64,000 nt of DNA. Origin: Moniliella sp. 'wahieum'. Its lineage: Eukaryota. The stretch lies in NCBI GenBank assembly GCA_003971905.1, contig RSEE01000006.1:1116001-1180000 (forward strand). The letters run 5' to 3'. Below, one piece after another: positions 61,925 to 64,000 of the stretch; the first letter of the stretch is position 1; every line of letters starts with the position of its first letter. The notes beneath the pieces are model-generated. The model had not been told where the DNA came from, did not search any database, and worked only from the letters and a program-made list of their open reading frames with translations. The translations under genes and the position numbers were made by a program.

Positions 61925-63755
61925 ATGCGCAACGAAATCATGCAGATCGTCGACCCGCCAGTGACTGAAGGCCGTGTGGGTTCGTATACACTTCTGTTGT
62001 TTTGCACGATATATTTGTGAAGGTGTTTTGCTGACCTAGAATCCCATCTGGCTTTGCAGGCAACTTGACACCGCAGCACGCGCTTCAATTGCGTCAACTC
62101 TGGGCTGCCTACTTTGACTGGGTCGCTAATGCGACTGGTTCCGGCACTGCTCAGCCAGTGGCCACGACCGTGTTCTCTAAGGACGGGAAAGCCCCTGTGG
62201 GGAATTTGTCCAAGCCGGACGAAGATAACGATGCGGCCAAGATCCGGCTGGAGCGCAAGAACCTCGAGGCGCTGGTCCAGACGTATGGCGGAGAAGCAGT
62301 GAAGCGATCGCTGTGGGAGTACGTTCAAATGGACGACCCTGATGCGATCTTGCTCCGCTTCCTTCGTGCGCGCAAATGGGACAATGCGCGAGCAATGGGT
62401 ATGTTTGCTGGTTGCCTCAAATGGCGGCTAGACAATGAAGTGCAAGCCCTCGTGGAAGGTGGCGATCTGGGCAACTCGGCCCGGATTCCCAAGTTTCTCG
62501 AACAACAACTTGCCGTCAAGACGTACGCAATGGGCACCGCCGTCAACGCCGAACCCATCATCTACATTCACGTTGGCCGTCACTTCACCCGAGGTCAGCC
62601 TCCCGAAACAATGAACAAGTTTGTTGTCTTCGTCATCGAAACAGTTCGCACCCTCATGGCCTCCCCTGCCGACACAGCCGTGGTCATCTTTTCCTTGCAG
62701 AACTTTGGGCTGAGAAAGTGGGTGAGCTCTCTTGCCTCCCCCATGCGAGAGTATCCCTGCCAGGCGCACGAGGCAGTACTAACTGACGGTTCATGGCCCG
62801 GGCCCCTCTTCTTCTGTGTGGCAGTATGGATTGGCATTGCATCCTGTACATCGTTCACTGCCTGGAGGCCTACTACCCCGAATTGCTGTGCATTCTCTGT
62901 GTCCAAAACGCTCCATGGATCTTTTCCGGGATCTGGAAAATCCTATCGCCAATGCTGGACCCCGTGGTCCGCTCCAAAGTCCGCTTCCTCCAGAGTGCCC
63001 AGGACATCGAAGACCATATTCCCCCCGAGCGCTACATTTCCGAGTTGGGAGGAAAAAACACCAACCCATTCCACTTCACCGTGCCCAAGCCCGACGAAAA
63101 CGACAAACACAACGACACTATCCATAAGCCAGGGTTGGTCAAACTGTATCATGATCTGGCCGATGCGTACGAGGACATCACCAAGCGCTGGATCGAGGTC
63201 AACGGAACTGAGTGCGTACATGTTGCCCGACGCACAACGACGATGATGGCAGTATACTAACGCCTTTTTTGCCTTATTTCGACTCTTTCATCACCTCTGA
63301 CAGCCCAGAGGTGGAGAAGCAGCGCGCGTTGCTTGTGCGCAAGTTGCGCGTTGCTTATTTCGATATGGAGCCGTACGTTCGCGGTGGCAATCCCTACACG
63401 CGCGGAGGGGTGCGGGACACAGGGTCGCGTTTGTTGGACTTACGTGGTAGACGGTGTGGTTCGCAAACACGTGGTCGGAAGAGGGAAGAGTGCATCGGCG
63501 CTTCGTCGAGAAATCTACGAGATGCAAGTCTTGGGCTTCTCGGCAGAAGACGCGGTGGCCAAAAGTAAGGCCGCCGAGGAAGCTCGGGACTGGACTGCAT
63601 TGTATGGCGACCCCGTAATTGCGGCCAAAATTGAGGGCGAGAGCGAAGTGGAGGATATGGATGCTGCGGGGGTTTTGACGGGGGTGAAGATGGACTTTAC
63701 TTCCCCTTGTCTGTTAGGATGGATGATAATGAGGCTCAAGATAATGGGCCCTTGA
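61925..63755 (+). CDS. CRAL-TRIO (Sec14-like) lipid-binding protein, Csr1/Sfh-type; 3' end uncertain
   Basis: GRVG|NLTPQ, DDPDAILLRFLRARKWD, FGLRN|MDW, LEAYYPELL, APWIFSGIWKILSPMLDPVVRSKVRF, ELGG, PYVRG. Introns ~61980-62059, 62718-62824 and 63211-63303. May run further after a frameshift. Confidence 0.9.
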
Positions 63756-64000
63756 AAGGGAGCGGTGGGAAGTTCAAGAGTAACCGCCAAGGTCGCCACC
63801 CTCAACGCAGTAATTCTCCTCGTCGACAAGAAACAAAGGGCACCCATCATCATCATCACCACCATAAAATGGGACATTCCAATTCTTCCCCCCTTCCTGA
63901 TTCTCCTACGTCCTTACGGCGCGATACTGCAACCGAAGACGAGGGAAACCATAGCCATAAGTCACGCGGTTGGCGTTCCTCCCTGCCCAGTCACAAGGGG

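Noticed and set aside
577..63755. Programmed frameshifting or mass pseudogenisation
   Set aside because: Indels are scattered across unrelated essential genes and are often at homopolymers; sequencing error is far simpler.
21970..63755. Cryptic peroxisomal isoforms by TGA-CTA readthrough, as known in Ustilago
   Set aside because: None of the stop codons I located has the TGA CTA context.

Overview
This is a GC-rich eukaryotic window from a basidiomycete fungus, probably Ustilaginomycotina (inferred from gene content and short GT-AG introns with CTRAC branch points). It holds about 21 protein-coding genes: a hypothetical protein, a single-pass membrane protein, NOP6, OSH3-like, IRE1, an AMID/AIF-like flavoprotein, a peroxisomal carnitine acyltransferase, SCOC/Slo1, ERO1, a small mitochondrial-type orphan, complex I PSST, RPP1, SLC35F6-like, TIF6, TIM9, SEC7, a GT32, Cue3/ASCC2-like, a GPI-type GMC oxidase, a PIG3-like reductase and a CRAL-TRIO protein. 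It also holds one intron-containing tRNA-Lys(CTT) and an internally deleted Ty1/copia relic. Most genes carry 1-bp frameshifts, including essential ones, which points to an unpolished long-read assembly rather than pseudogenes, so CDS ends are approximate. I found no clearly new multi-gene system. The most interesting unexplained signals are (i) many different 7-bp-period tandem repeats, mostly built on 6-bp palindromes and clustered in promoter regions, (ii) an ER/Golgi-biased gene neighbourhood with UPRE-like TGCCACGT motifs, (iii) two small genes that are easy to miss, (iv) the nested structure of the copia relic, and (v) an atypical tRNA D-stem. All family calls are from motif recognition by eye; no searches were run.
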